From positions 40,996 through 104,995 of the forward strand of contig CAZPME010000003.1 in NCBI GenBank assembly GCA_964587885.1: a stretch of 64,000 nt of DNA. The letters are read 5' to 3'. The stretch is from an uncultured Candidatus Poseidoniales archaeon. GTDB lineage: Archaea; Thermoplasmatota; Poseidoniia; Poseidoniales; Poseidoniaceae. Below the pieces are notes generated by a model. It did no database searches. It was not told the origin of the DNA and was given only the letters and a program-made list of their open reading frames with translations. A program made the position numbers and the translations under genes. Below, one piece after another: positions 55,327-64,000 of the stretch (positions within the stretch are counted from its first letter, which is position 1; each line of letters starts with the position of its first letter).

Positions 55327-56205
55327 TCAATCTTCAGCCCAAGCATCTTTCTTTTGATCGGGATGACTTGAAATTGTGAATGTATTTATCGTCTTCATTG
55401 GATCACCTTTGGAAATTTTTCCTTTGTATTGTTTCACCTTTTCACCAATCCGAACACGGACTTTGAACTTGGTCGGGTCTTTGGTTTTCCAACGCCGATG
55501 TTTTGCATAGTGGTGCACACAAATTCGATAATCGCCAACTGGTGGCATCACTTCCCAATACACATTTTCAATAGGTTTGCGAGAACCAGGCTTGATATTC
55601 ATATCTATGTCGAGTTCGCCCCCACATTCTGAGTTTCTATTATTGAAATAAATACGCTCTCCCGATGGACAAAATAAGTGTAGGTCAAGGTCATTGTAAT
55701 TATTCCAAAGAAGCGTGACTTGAACTTCTCCAGTCTTGGCACCTTCACGCTCAATTCGCTCAGCAAAATCACCTTCTTGGTCATCATTTTCGTCCACTAT
55801 ATCAATGTCATCTGGGGTTTCATTATTGACATTGACCGAGTTTGCTGCTCGGTCCAATTCGGCTTCTTTATCCCTTATCCACTCGGAACGTAAATCTTCT
55901 AATTCATTTCGACCTTCTTCAGCAACCACAGCATCCTCGCCTTCAGGAGGTTCTTGGGATGGGGGTTTGGTAAGTGGCCTGGTGGGGTCTGGTAAACTCA
56001 ATGTTCGCCATTCAATTTCTGCGCGTGATTGGTTTGGGTCTTCTAACATCTCAACCTGTTCTGGGCGAAAGGTTTCTTGTTGCTGAGACCTCTCAAGTAG
56101 GATATTACGCATTTTCCTTGAACGACGAAACAATAATACTCGAAAAAACCCAAGAGTAAAACCTCCGCCAAGGATTCCCAAATACACTAGAGATAGCGGG
56201 TCCAC
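55327..56205 (-). CDS. Membrane-anchored protein with a single YfaP/DUF2135-like domain (paralog of 5177-7117)
   Basis: N-terminal TM then RRSRKMR; GEVQVTLLWNNYNDLDLHLFCPSGERI...CGGELDIDMN...PIENVYW...HHYAKHRRWKTKDPT. Likely start GTG 56205. Confidence 0.8.
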   Translation of the reverse strand: MDPLSLVYLGILGGGFTLGFFRVLLFRRSRKMRNILLERSQQQETFRPEQVEMLEDPNQSRAEIEWRTLSLPDPTRPLTKPPSQEPPEGEDAVVAEEGRNELEDLRSEWIRDKEAELDRAANSVNVNNETPDDIDIVDENDDQEGDFAERIEREGAKTGEVQVTLLWNNYNDLDLHLFCPSGERIYFNNRNSECGGELDIDMNIKPGSRKPIENVYWEVMPPVGDYRICVHHYAKHRRWKTKDPTKFKVRVRIGEKVKQYKGKISKGDPMKTINTFTISSHPDQKKDAWAED

Positions 56206-56252
56206 ATTCCCGCGTATAAGAATTAACGTATAGCACCAACGGTGGAGAAATC

Positions 56253-57281
56253 TCAACCTATAAGGTTGGAAATCAAGTCATCATGTTTGGCCTTATTAGG
56301 CCGCATCAATTCTGCTGGTAAACTGGCTAAAGGAATATCAACTAAACCTTGCACTTCATCAGCAGTAGGGATGCTTGGGTCATAATACAGAAGACCTGTA
56401 ACATGCTTCTTGTCTTGCTCGGCATTATGGATTGCGGATTGAGCGGCGACTGCATCGGTTGGGTCAAATGATGCAGCAACGGTTTCTAAACGTAGAACGC
56501 TACCATCGAACATTTCAATATCTTGAAATTCTCCTTCCGGAATATCTACTTCTTCAAGTGGAGAAAAATGCGGAATGTAATCCACTCCATGCAATGGTTC
56601 ATCATTTCCTTTTACGTAACCGTATGAGCGATATGAATCATCGTTGTTGGCGAAAGTGACGCAAGGACTAATCACATCGATAATTGCCATACCTTTGTGA
56701 CTCATTGCTGCCTTGATCAAGGCAGTCAGTTGCTTCTTTGCTCCACTAAATGAACGGGCGACGAAACTACATCCTAGATTGATGGCCATCTTGCACAGGT
56801 CGATTGGTGGTTGTTCATTTGCAGCACCTTTGCGCTTCTTAGATCCAAGTTCCATAGTGGCACTATACTGACCTTTCGTCAAGCCATATACTCCATTATT
56901 CTCAATGATGTAAACCATATTCAAATTACGGCGGATGGCGTGAATAAATTGACCAATTCCAATACTAGCACTATCTCCGTCTCCTGATACTCCAATATAC
57001 ATGAGATTCTTGTTTGCCATTGCGGCACCTGTCGTCACCGAAGGCATACGGCCATGCACTGTATTGAAACCATGTGACTGGCCAAGGAAATAAGCCGGAG
57101 TTTTGGATGAACATCCGATTCCACTCATCTTTGCAATTCCCTCAGGGGCAATACCATTTTCCCAGGCAGCTTGGATTATAACTTTGGAAATTTGGTCATG
57201 GCCACATCCTGGACAAAGCGAGGATTTACCCCCCGTGTAATCTGATTTCTCTCTGTTTATTACGTTCAATTTTATACTCAT
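56253..57281 (-). CDS. korB: 2-oxoacid:ferredoxin oxidoreductase beta subunit
   Basis: LCPGCGH, SGIGCSSK, HGR, SGDGDSASIG, NNGVYGLTKGQYS, ISPCVTF. Confidence 0.93.
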   Translation of the reverse strand: MSIKLNVINREKSDYTGGKSSLCPGCGHDQISKVIIQAAWENGIAPEGIAKMSGIGCSSKTPAYFLGQSHGFNTVHGRMPSVTTGAAMANKNLMYIGVSGDGDSASIGIGQFIHAIRRNLNMVYIIENNGVYGLTKGQYSATMELGSKKRKGAANEQPPIDLCKMAINLGCSFVARSFSGAKKQLTALIKAAMSHKGMAIIDVISPCVTFANNDDSYRSYGYVKGNDEPLHGVDYIPHFSPLEEVDIPEGEFQDIEMFDGSVLRLETVAASFDPTDAVAAQSAIHNAEQDKKHVTGLLYYDPSIPTADEVQGLVDIPLASLPAELMRPNKAKHDDLISNLIG

Positions 57282-59065
57282 ATTACCAACTCCTTCAAAG
57301 TGCGTAAAATTCTATCGGCAAAGAAGCGCGCACGCGGTGGCATTCCATCGCTATATGCAACACTCAATACCTTAGGTACTAAATGAATCGGTAATTCCTT
57401 TCGTAAGACACCATACATTTGGCCATCACGATTAATCTCTAGAACGATGACCTTCTCATGACGTTCGACAAAGGCCTCAACTTCTGGGTGTAACGGTAAT
57501 GCACGTACTCTGCATTGTGAAACTTTGACACCGGTATCCTCTATGATATCATCAATTTCTTGAATCGTTGTTTCCATTGAACCGAAATAGATAATCCCAA
57601 TTTCCAATTCTTCTTCTTCGCGTAGGATTGGAGAGGGCAATTCCACTCGAGCATTGTTGATTTTGCGCTTTAGACGCTTCATAGTCTGCCGATATACTTG
57701 TGGGTCTTCCGAATAAACTCCATCTTCATCGTGACCTGTGCCACGGTAAAGTATCGGCGCCAAACCTGAACCGGGTAAAGTTCGGTAAGGTACGCCATCG
57801 CCATCAACATCACGGTAACGGCCGAAATTTTCAATCGCGTCAAATTCCTCCTGATTTCGAAGAACTTTTCCACGATCTATCGGCTCATCTGGGTATTCAA
57901 AACCATTGCAAACCCAATTATTCATCCCTAAATCCAAGTCACTGAATCCAAATACCAGAGTTTGGTAGCGCTCTGCATATTCAAAGGCTCGCCAAGCAAA
58001 TTCAAAACATTCTTCGACATTTCCGGGAATTAATACAATATGATCTGTGTCTCCATGGCTTGCTTCGCGCAATAGATTAAGATCGCCTTGCTGAGTTCGA
58101 GTTGGTAAACCAGTCGAAGGACCGACTCGGTTTACATCCCAAATTACACCAGGTATTTCAGCGAAATAGGCCAAACCAATGAACTCAGACATTAGAGAAA
58201 TCCCTGGACCAGAAGTGCAGGTCATGGCTCTTGAGCCACCCCATCCTGCACCAACTACCATTCCGGCAGCAGCTAATTCATCTTCGGCTTGGATAACTGC
58301 ACAAGTTGATTCTCCTGCATCAGTATCTCGTAAACTTGGTAACCACTTGATTATCCCTTCTGCCATCGAAGATGAAGGTGTGATTGGATACCAAGAAAGC
58401 ATTGTTACTCCACCATAAATAGAGCCGAGAGCAGCGGCTTCATTACCATCGATGAGGAATTGACCCTCGATTTTTTCACGTTCTTCGATGCGATATGGTT
58501 GAGGATTGGCAAAATTTTCCTCTGCATAAGCCCGACCTTCTTCGATTGCTTGCATATTCAATTCAATCGCACTTTGCTTACCCTTGAATTGTTTTTCTAG
58601 CAGTGCCTGAACTTTAGCAATATCAATTTGTAAGAAGTGAACCAAAGCACCTACATAATACATATTTGCAATCATGCGAGCTAATTTCGGGTTGATTTTT
58701 CTCGCCATTGAAGTCATCGGCAGTCCAAGAACAGTGCAGTCATCGCGCTCAACAGGCATTTTTACATCGGTATTGTAGATGATTACAGTACCTTCTTCAC
58801 ATTCATCAATATCCTTCTGCCAAGTATCTGAATTCATTAGAATCTTAATGTGAGTTCGGTCACCTGGTGCCTGATATCCAGCATCTGAGACGCGAATAAT
58901 ATACCAAGTCGGTAATCCAGAAATATTGCTGGGGAAGAGATTCTTTCCACTTACAGGGACGCCCATGTCAAACATGGTCTTGAGTAGCACCAAGTTCGCC
59001 GACTGAGAACCTGTTCCGTTGGCTGTTGCGATATTTATTGTGAAGTCGTTAACGATGGTTTCCAT
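57278..59065 (-). CDS. korA: 2-oxoacid:ferredoxin oxidoreductase alpha subunit (gamma-alpha fusion)
   Basis: NGTGSQS, GNEA, WYPITPSS, QAEDELAA, TSGPGISLM, RVGPSTGLPTRTQQGD. Confidence 0.93.
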   Translation of the reverse strand: METIVNDFTINIATANGTGSQSANLVLLKTMFDMGVPVSGKNLFPSNISGLPTWYIIRVSDAGYQAPGDRTHIKILMNSDTWQKDIDECEEGTVIIYNTDVKMPVERDDCTVLGLPMTSMARKINPKLARMIANMYYVGALVHFLQIDIAKVQALLEKQFKGKQSAIELNMQAIEEGRAYAEENFANPQPYRIEEREKIEGQFLIDGNEAAALGSIYGGVTMLSWYPITPSSSMAEGIIKWLPSLRDTDAGESTCAVIQAEDELAAAGMVVGAGWGGSRAMTCTSGPGISLMSEFIGLAYFAEIPGVIWDVNRVGPSTGLPTRTQQGDLNLLREASHGDTDHIVLIPGNVEECFEFAWRAFEYAERYQTLVFGFSDLDLGMNNWVCNGFEYPDEPIDRGKVLRNQEEFDAIENFGRYRDVDGDGVPYRTLPGSGLAPILYRGTGHDEDGVYSEDPQVYRQTMKRLKRKINNARVELPSPILREEEELEIGIIYFGSMETTIQEIDDIIEDTGVKVSQCRVRALPLHPEVEAFVERHEKVIVLEINRDGQMYGVLRKELPIHLVPKVLSVAYSDGMPPRARFFADRILRTLKELVI

Positions 59066-59243
59066 CTATTCATTCCCCATATTCCGCTGTGGTTTCCGGC
59101 ATGTTTGTTTCGCGGTATCAACCAGCCATACCTCTGCGGCATTTACTGCCCCTTGAATACGCTCTTTCAAGGTATTGCCCTTGCATCCTGAATAGTGTCG
59201 TCCTTGCGTCGATTTCAAAACGGGTGCACTTGTGGGCGGGTCG

Positions 59244-60329
59244 ATGGCGAGCGAAGAACAGAAACAATCTTGGGAAAAGGCTGAGAAATTCATCGAGAAA
59301 GGGAAGCACGATGAAGCATTGCAGTTATTACGTGACGTTGATTCATCGGGTTCAAATGCAGAGACATGGAAATTGGCAGGTGATGCAAAACTTGGATTAG
59401 CGCGTAATTCAGAGGCATCTAAGCCTAAAGCGCTGTATCGTCAATCCCGTGCTCACTATTATCAATCGTTGAAAATTAACCCGGGCAATAAGAAAACCCG
59501 ATCATCGCTCGACACCCTACTAAATGAAATGCAAAATCGAGGTATTAGTGAGACCTCTTTACCGCAATTATTCAAAGATGGTACTCCAACCCTTTACGGC
59601 ATAGTAGCCATCCCAGTTGCATTCCTAATCGTTTTGGCTGGAATCAAATATGTAGTTGCTGAAGAAAGCACCGAATTAGCCGGTGATGTTGAATTGACGA
59701 TTACATGGACTGACAAAAGCGGTAATGCTCATATCGGTACGATTACTATTGAATTGGACGATGCCAACACTCCAATTCACGCCAAGAATTTCCGTCTTCA
59801 CGCCAGCCAAGGAAATTATGATACTACGGTATTTCATCGGATTGTAGATAATTTCATGGTTCAAGGAGGCGATGTTGAACATAAATCTGGAAGCGGGGGG
59901 TACGCTGCAGAATACTTTGGCTACTGTATGGACGGAAGTACCATCGCCGCCGCCGAAAATTGCCCAGAACAAGTCAATTGGAAAGTACCTGCCGAATTTG
60001 GCGAGCCACATATTGCCGGCGCTATTGCCGCGGCTCGAAGTCAAGATGACAATTCAGCTGGTAGCCAATTCTACATGGTTGATACTAACGGAGCTGCCTC
60101 TCTAGATGGCAAGTACACCGCCTTCGGGTTTGCTCATTCAGGAACTATTGACGGGATTGCTGTTGATGGTATTGATGTGATAGATGCAATTTCTGAGGTG
60201 GAGTGCCAAACTGCAGATGGTATTTGTGTTGATGGAGCGGGTAGTAAATCAGTCCATCCAGTAACCCTGACTCAAGCCAAATTGGTCGATGAACAAAGTG
60301 GCGGCATTCTAAGTTGGCTGGGATTGTAA
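59244..60329 (+). CDS. Membrane-bound cyclophilin-type peptidyl-prolyl isomerase with N-terminal TPR-like domain
   Basis: TPR-like helices, central TM, FHRIVDNFMVQGGD, AAARSQDDNSAGSQFY, LDGKYTAFG. Confidence 0.88.
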   Translation: MASEEQKQSWEKAEKFIEKGKHDEALQLLRDVDSSGSNAETWKLAGDAKLGLARNSEASKPKALYRQSRAHYYQSLKINPGNKKTRSSLDTLLNEMQNRGISETSLPQLFKDGTPTLYGIVAIPVAFLIVLAGIKYVVAEESTELAGDVELTITWTDKSGNAHIGTITIELDDANTPIHAKNFRLHASQGNYDTTVFHRIVDNFMVQGGDVEHKSGSGGYAAEYFGYCMDGSTIAAAENCPEQVNWKVPAEFGEPHIAGAIAAARSQDDNSAGSQFYMVDTNGAASLDGKYTAFGFAHSGTIDGIAVDGIDVIDAISEVECQTADGICVDGAGSKSVHPVTLTQAKLVDEQSGGILSWLGL

Positions 60330-60379
60330 CCCAACCTCTTTGAGCGCATGCTTCATGGTGGGGTTGTGCTTGGGTAGTA

Positions 60380-63082
60380 ATGGAGAGGTTATTCGTGTCC
60401 GAATCCAACCCGTTTAACGCCCGTCAAGAATTCAATTTGAGTGATGGGGGGGTCTCTCGACTGGCGGCAATTTCAGCGCTTGAGCAGGCTGGACATTGCA
60501 ACATTGCTGAATTGCCTTTCACCATACGTATTTTACTTGAGGCAGCACTGCGAAAATGTGATGGTTTTCTAGTCACCAAAGAAGACGTTATTCGCATTGC
60601 TGGGTGGAAACCAAATGATGAACGTGAGGAGATTCCTTTCACTCCTTCAAGAGTAATTCTGCAAGACTTTACCGGGGTTCCAGCAGTAGTAGATTTAGCC
60701 GCACTTCGTAATGCAGTAGTAGATTTAGGCGGTAAACCAGAGAAAGTAAACCCACAAGTCCCAGTCGATTTGGTAATAGACCACAGCGTTCAAGTTGATT
60801 TCTCCGGTATATTTGAAGATGCTCAAGAACGCAATCTTGAAATTGAATACCAAAGAAATATGGAGCGTTATAAATTCCTTAAATGGGGACAAAAAAACCT
60901 CGAAAAATTCAGAGCTGTACCGCCGGGTAGAGGAATTGTCCATCAAGTAAATCTTGAGTGGATTGCCAACGTTGCTAGGGAAGAAGATGGCTGCTGGTTG
61001 GCCGATACTCTTGTCGGAACTGATAGCCACACGACCATGATAAATGGCCTTGGAGTACTTGGTTGGGGGGTCGGAGGTATTGAAGCAGAAGCGGTAATGC
61101 TCGGGCAACCAATTTACATGCTCGCTCCTGATGTAATTGGCTTTGAATTGACCGGTAGTCTTGCTACAGGAGTAACTGCTACCGACATGACTTTGCGGAT
61201 TGTTGAAATGTTGCGTGAACATGGTGTTGTAGGAAAATTCGTCGAATTTTTTGGCTCAGGAATGTCCGCATTATCACTTCCCGATCGAGCAACTATTGCA
61301 AATATGGCACCAGAATATGGCGCCACTTGTGGGTTTTTCCCAGTCGATGAAGTGACTCTTGAGTACTTACTACTGTCTGGACGAGATAAGAATCACGTCG
61401 CCAATGTAGAAGCCTATTGCAAAGCAAACAACTTGTGGTATTCACCCGAACAAGAAAGACCACAATTTACCGCAACTCTCAATCTCGACCTTTCTGAAGT
61501 CAAGCCCGCTCTCGCAGGACCAAAGCGACCACAAGACCGAGTGGATTTAGCCGCAATGAAACAACATTGGCATGACAGTCTGTCTGCCCCTGTTGGCTTA
61601 CAAGGACATGGTATTGCGGCCGAAAATCTTGATGTAAAGGCTGAAGTTGAAGGAGAAGAATTTTGTTTGCAGCATGGTGATGTTGTTATCGCAGCAATCA
61701 CTTCATGCACTAATACAAGCAATCCAAGTGTGATGCTATCTGCAGGACTGGTTGCACGTAATGCTAGAGCAAAGGGGTTGCAGGTCAAACCTTGGGTCAA
61801 GACTTCTTTAGCACCGGGTTCTCGAGTGGTAACAGATTATTACAAGGCCTCTGGTTTAGACCAAGATTTGTCAGCTCTCGGATTCAACAATGTTGGCTAT
61901 GGATGCACAACCTGCATCGGTAATTCCGGCCCATTACAAACCGAAATTGAAGCAGCCATAGACGAAAGGGGAATTGTCGCCGGTTCCGTAATCTCAGGTA
62001 ATAGGAATTTCGAAGGAAGAGTTCATCAAAAAGTGAAGGCATCTTATCTCTCAAGTCCCCCATTGGTAGTGGCCTACGCAATTGCGGGAACTCTGGATAT
62101 CGACATGAAGAATGAACCTTTAGGAAACGATACGCAGGGAAAACCGGTAATGCTCGCAGATATTTGGCCCAGTGACGACGAAATCAAACAAACCATCAGA
62201 GAATCAATTTCTCCTGAGATGTTCAAGCAACGATATTCTACTGCAATGCAGGAGGAACGCTGGGATGCTATCCCTGTCGAAGCCAGCGATCTCTACTCAT
62301 GGGAAGATGATTCAACTTACATCCGCCTACCAACATTTTTTTCTGGTATTACCCCTACAATCAACCCAATTAGGCCGATTAACGGAGCTCGTACATTGTT
62401 GAAATTGGGTGATTCAATTACAACCGACCACATCTCTCCAGCTGGAGCGTTTCCACATTCCGGCTCTGCCGGACAATATTTGATGGCCAATGGTGTTGAG
62501 CCACGAAATTTCAACTCCTTTGGTAGTCGACGCGGCAATCATGAAGTAATGATGCGAGGTACTTTCGCCAATGTCCGAATCCGTAACCAACTCGCACCTA
62601 ATACCGAAGGTGGTTTCACAACACACTTCCCAAGTGGAGAAATAATGTCAATATATGACGCCGCGCAAAAATATATCGCAAGTAGCACACCACTAGTGGT
62701 GCTAGCAGGTTCGCAATACGGCACCGGATCATCTCGTGATTGGGCGGCAAAGGGGACTCTATTACTGGGAGTAAAAGCCGTAATCACCACTTCGTTTGAA
62801 CGCATTCACCGCTCAAATTTGGTCGGCATGGGAGTTCTGCCGCTTTGTTTTGATGACGGTGACTCAGCCCAATCTCTAGGACTCGATGGTAGCGAACATT
62901 TCGATATTCCAATCGGTGATGATATCTCGCCTATGGATTGGCTGAACGTTTCTGCAACAAATGCTGCTGGTCAAGTTACAGAATTTCGAGTTCAAGTCAG
63001 ACTTGATACACCAGTTGAAGTTGAATATTATCGAAATGGCGGCATCCTCCATACGGTTGTCCGAAAACTCGCAAAAGAATGA
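60380..63082 (+). CDS. acnA: Aconitate hydratase A
   Basis: RVILQDFTGVP, IDHSVQVD, GTDSHT, ITSCTNTSNP, GYGCTTCIGNSG, SGNRNFEGR, TTDHISPAG, GSSRDWAAKG. Start ATG 60380 or GTG 60395. Confidence 0.96.
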   Translation: MERLFVSESNPFNARQEFNLSDGGVSRLAAISALEQAGHCNIAELPFTIRILLEAALRKCDGFLVTKEDVIRIAGWKPNDEREEIPFTPSRVILQDFTGVPAVVDLAALRNAVVDLGGKPEKVNPQVPVDLVIDHSVQVDFSGIFEDAQERNLEIEYQRNMERYKFLKWGQKNLEKFRAVPPGRGIVHQVNLEWIANVAREEDGCWLADTLVGTDSHTTMINGLGVLGWGVGGIEAEAVMLGQPIYMLAPDVIGFELTGSLATGVTATDMTLRIVEMLREHGVVGKFVEFFGSGMSALSLPDRATIANMAPEYGATCGFFPVDEVTLEYLLLSGRDKNHVANVEAYCKANNLWYSPEQERPQFTATLNLDLSEVKPALAGPKRPQDRVDLAAMKQHWHDSLSAPVGLQGHGIAAENLDVKAEVEGEEFCLQHGDVVIAAITSCTNTSNPSVMLSAGLVARNARAKGLQVKPWVKTSLAPGSRVVTDYYKASGLDQDLSALGFNNVGYGCTTCIGNSGPLQTEIEAAIDERGIVAGSVISGNRNFEGRVHQKVKASYLSSPPLVVAYAIAGTLDIDMKNEPLGNDTQGKPVMLADIWPSDDEIKQTIRESISPEMFKQRYSTAMQEERWDAIPVEASDLYSWEDDSTYIRLPTFFSGITPTINPIRPINGARTLLKLGDSITTDHISPAGAFPHSGSAGQYLMANGVEPRNFNSFGSRRGNHEVMMRGTFANVRIRNQLAPNTEGGFTTHFPSGEIMSIYDAAQKYIASSTPLVVLAGSQYGTGSSRDWAAKGTLLLGVKAVITTSFERIHRSNLVGMGVLPLCFDDGDSAQSLGLDGSEHFDIPIGDDISPMDWLNVSATNAAGQVTEFRVQVRLDTPVEVEYYRNGGILHTVVRKLAKE

Positions 63083-63141
63083 CCGCCAATGCCTTGAAAA
63101 AATAGCGATGGGTTCATGGCCTATCCCAACCGCCAATATTC

Positions 63142-63837
63142 ATGGCCGAGAAAATACGTGGACCCGTGCGCTTTCTTTTTCGGCATCCTGAAGAGGAAAT
63201 TGATATCCGCATCGAAGGTGATTCAGAGTGGGTCGCATCGCTACGCGATGAATTGGGATTGAATGAAATCGGTTGGCTACAACCTTTGGCTTCACAGTCG
63301 GTGAGATTGAACCGAGTTAGTAATCGAGAACTTGACGACGAAGATGGTGATTCAGAGCAAGAATTGGAACTCGGCCACGAAGGTGAATTACTAACTAACA
63401 AACCAACCGATATGGGACCTCCCCCTGACCCGAGCCGCATTCCTGTGGTGCGACGACCAATAGGTTCACTCGACATTAATGCTGAATTGATTAAACTTGG
63501 TCTTGTTGTTCCAGAAAAACCCGACTCCGCCCAATTAGCCATGGATTTGGAAGGCTTAGAAACACCATTTCCTGCAGAAGGGCCATTGGTTTCAGATCCG
63601 ATGGCTGAGGCTTGGTTACGTGAATTATTACGAATTGCTGTGCGCAATTATGGACTGAGTGCTTTGGCGATTGAAGCGATTGAAAATTCGGCGTCTTCCT
63701 TGCTCGGTGACCGCACCGGAATGGAATTGGAATTGTGGTTGGAAGGACTATTTCGTCAAGGTAAATTGGTCAAGTTACACGGCGGCGATAGAACTGGTTA
63801 TGGCCCCAACCCAAAATGGCTAGAATCACGCATGTAA
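63142..63837 (+). CDS. Hypothetical acidic protein, possible C-terminal winged-helix
   Basis: 231-aa ORF with TTCATG box at -29; C-terminal ELELWLEGLFRQGKLVKLHGGDRTGYGP resembles a helix-wing. Confidence 0.7.
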   Translation: MAEKIRGPVRFLFRHPEEEIDIRIEGDSEWVASLRDELGLNEIGWLQPLASQSVRLNRVSNRELDDEDGDSEQELELGHEGELLTNKPTDMGPPPDPSRIPVVRRPIGSLDINAELIKLGLVVPEKPDSAQLAMDLEGLETPFPAEGPLVSDPMAEAWLRELLRIAVRNYGLSALAIEAIENSASSLLGDRTGMELELWLEGLFRQGKLVKLHGGDRTGYGPNPKWLESRM

Positions 63838-63898
63838 ATCGTTTGATAATAAGACTGACGCAAACGCAAGACTGAACGCCATTCTCGCACGCGCTATG

Positions 63899-63910
63899 CT
63901 CACGCGTGAG
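63899..63910. promoter_or_regulatory. 12-bp perfect palindrome CTCACGCGTGAG just upstream of a BRE/TATA-like GGGAGAGATTTAAT
   Basis: Direct reading of the sequence; AAGACTGA(A)CGC direct repeats also lie at about 63851-63879. Confidence 0.35.
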
Positions 63911-63949
63911 GGGAGAGATTTAATACATCGGTGAAGTCCGAAGCGATTG

Positions 63950-64000
63950 ATGATGATGATGTTGACGAAGAACGAACTGATTACCAAGCGCGCTCGAAGT
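63950..64000 (+). CDS. 5' end of a CDS running off the window (MMMMLTKNELITKRARS...)
   Basis: Open frame beginning about 28-31 nt after TTTAAT (63919); basic N-terminus compatible with a signal peptide. An alternative frame from GTG 63931 is also open. Confidence 0.35.
   Translation, partial: MMMMLTKNELITKRARS

Noticed and set aside
55128-55346. 72-aa minus-strand ORF
   Set aside because: Antisense to tRNA-Gln; spurious.
60683-60728. 16-bp direct repeat GCAGTAGTAGATTTAG in acnA
   Set aside because: Encodes AVVDL twice within a conserved aconitase region with the frame intact; no sign of an insertion or att site.

Overview
Gene-dense archaeal chromosomal window. Archaeal markers (Rpo6/RpoK, PurP, the ADH-synthase/DHQ-synthase-II shikimate route, GHMP shikimate kinase, RibL, NEMF/Rqc2, archaellin-like genes) occur together with many bacterial-type genes. 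This mix points to Marine Group II Euryarchaeota (Ca. Poseidoniales); the taxonomy is inferred, not searched. About 50 CDS and three tRNAs (Ser-GCT, Phe-GAA, Gln-CTG) are visible. No CRISPR array, rRNA, integrase or transposase was seen. Most notable: (1) a three-subunit molybdo-flavo-FeS enzyme resembling 4-hydroxybenzoyl-CoA reductase (order C-A-B, Cys-rich [4Fe-4S]-type insert in the FAD subunit), with XdhC/MocA maturases co-oriented with an acyl-CoA dehydrogenase, in an apparently aerobic archaeon; (2) two paralogous membrane-anchored YfaP/DUF2135-like proteins on charged helical stalks, one behind a MacB/FtsX-type ABC transporter; (3) bacterial-type RNase PH and oligoribonuclease; (4) a DUF4350-MoxR-DUF58-membrane operon; (5) an LDL-receptor class A-like motif protein; (6) a ~1340-aa polytopic membrane protein; (7) tandem orphan archaellin-like genes; (8) an unlisted 52-aa membrane ORF; (9) a recurrent degenerate TATA-like box about 23-30 nt upstream of start codons. 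All family assignments come from motif recognition by eye; no database searches were run.
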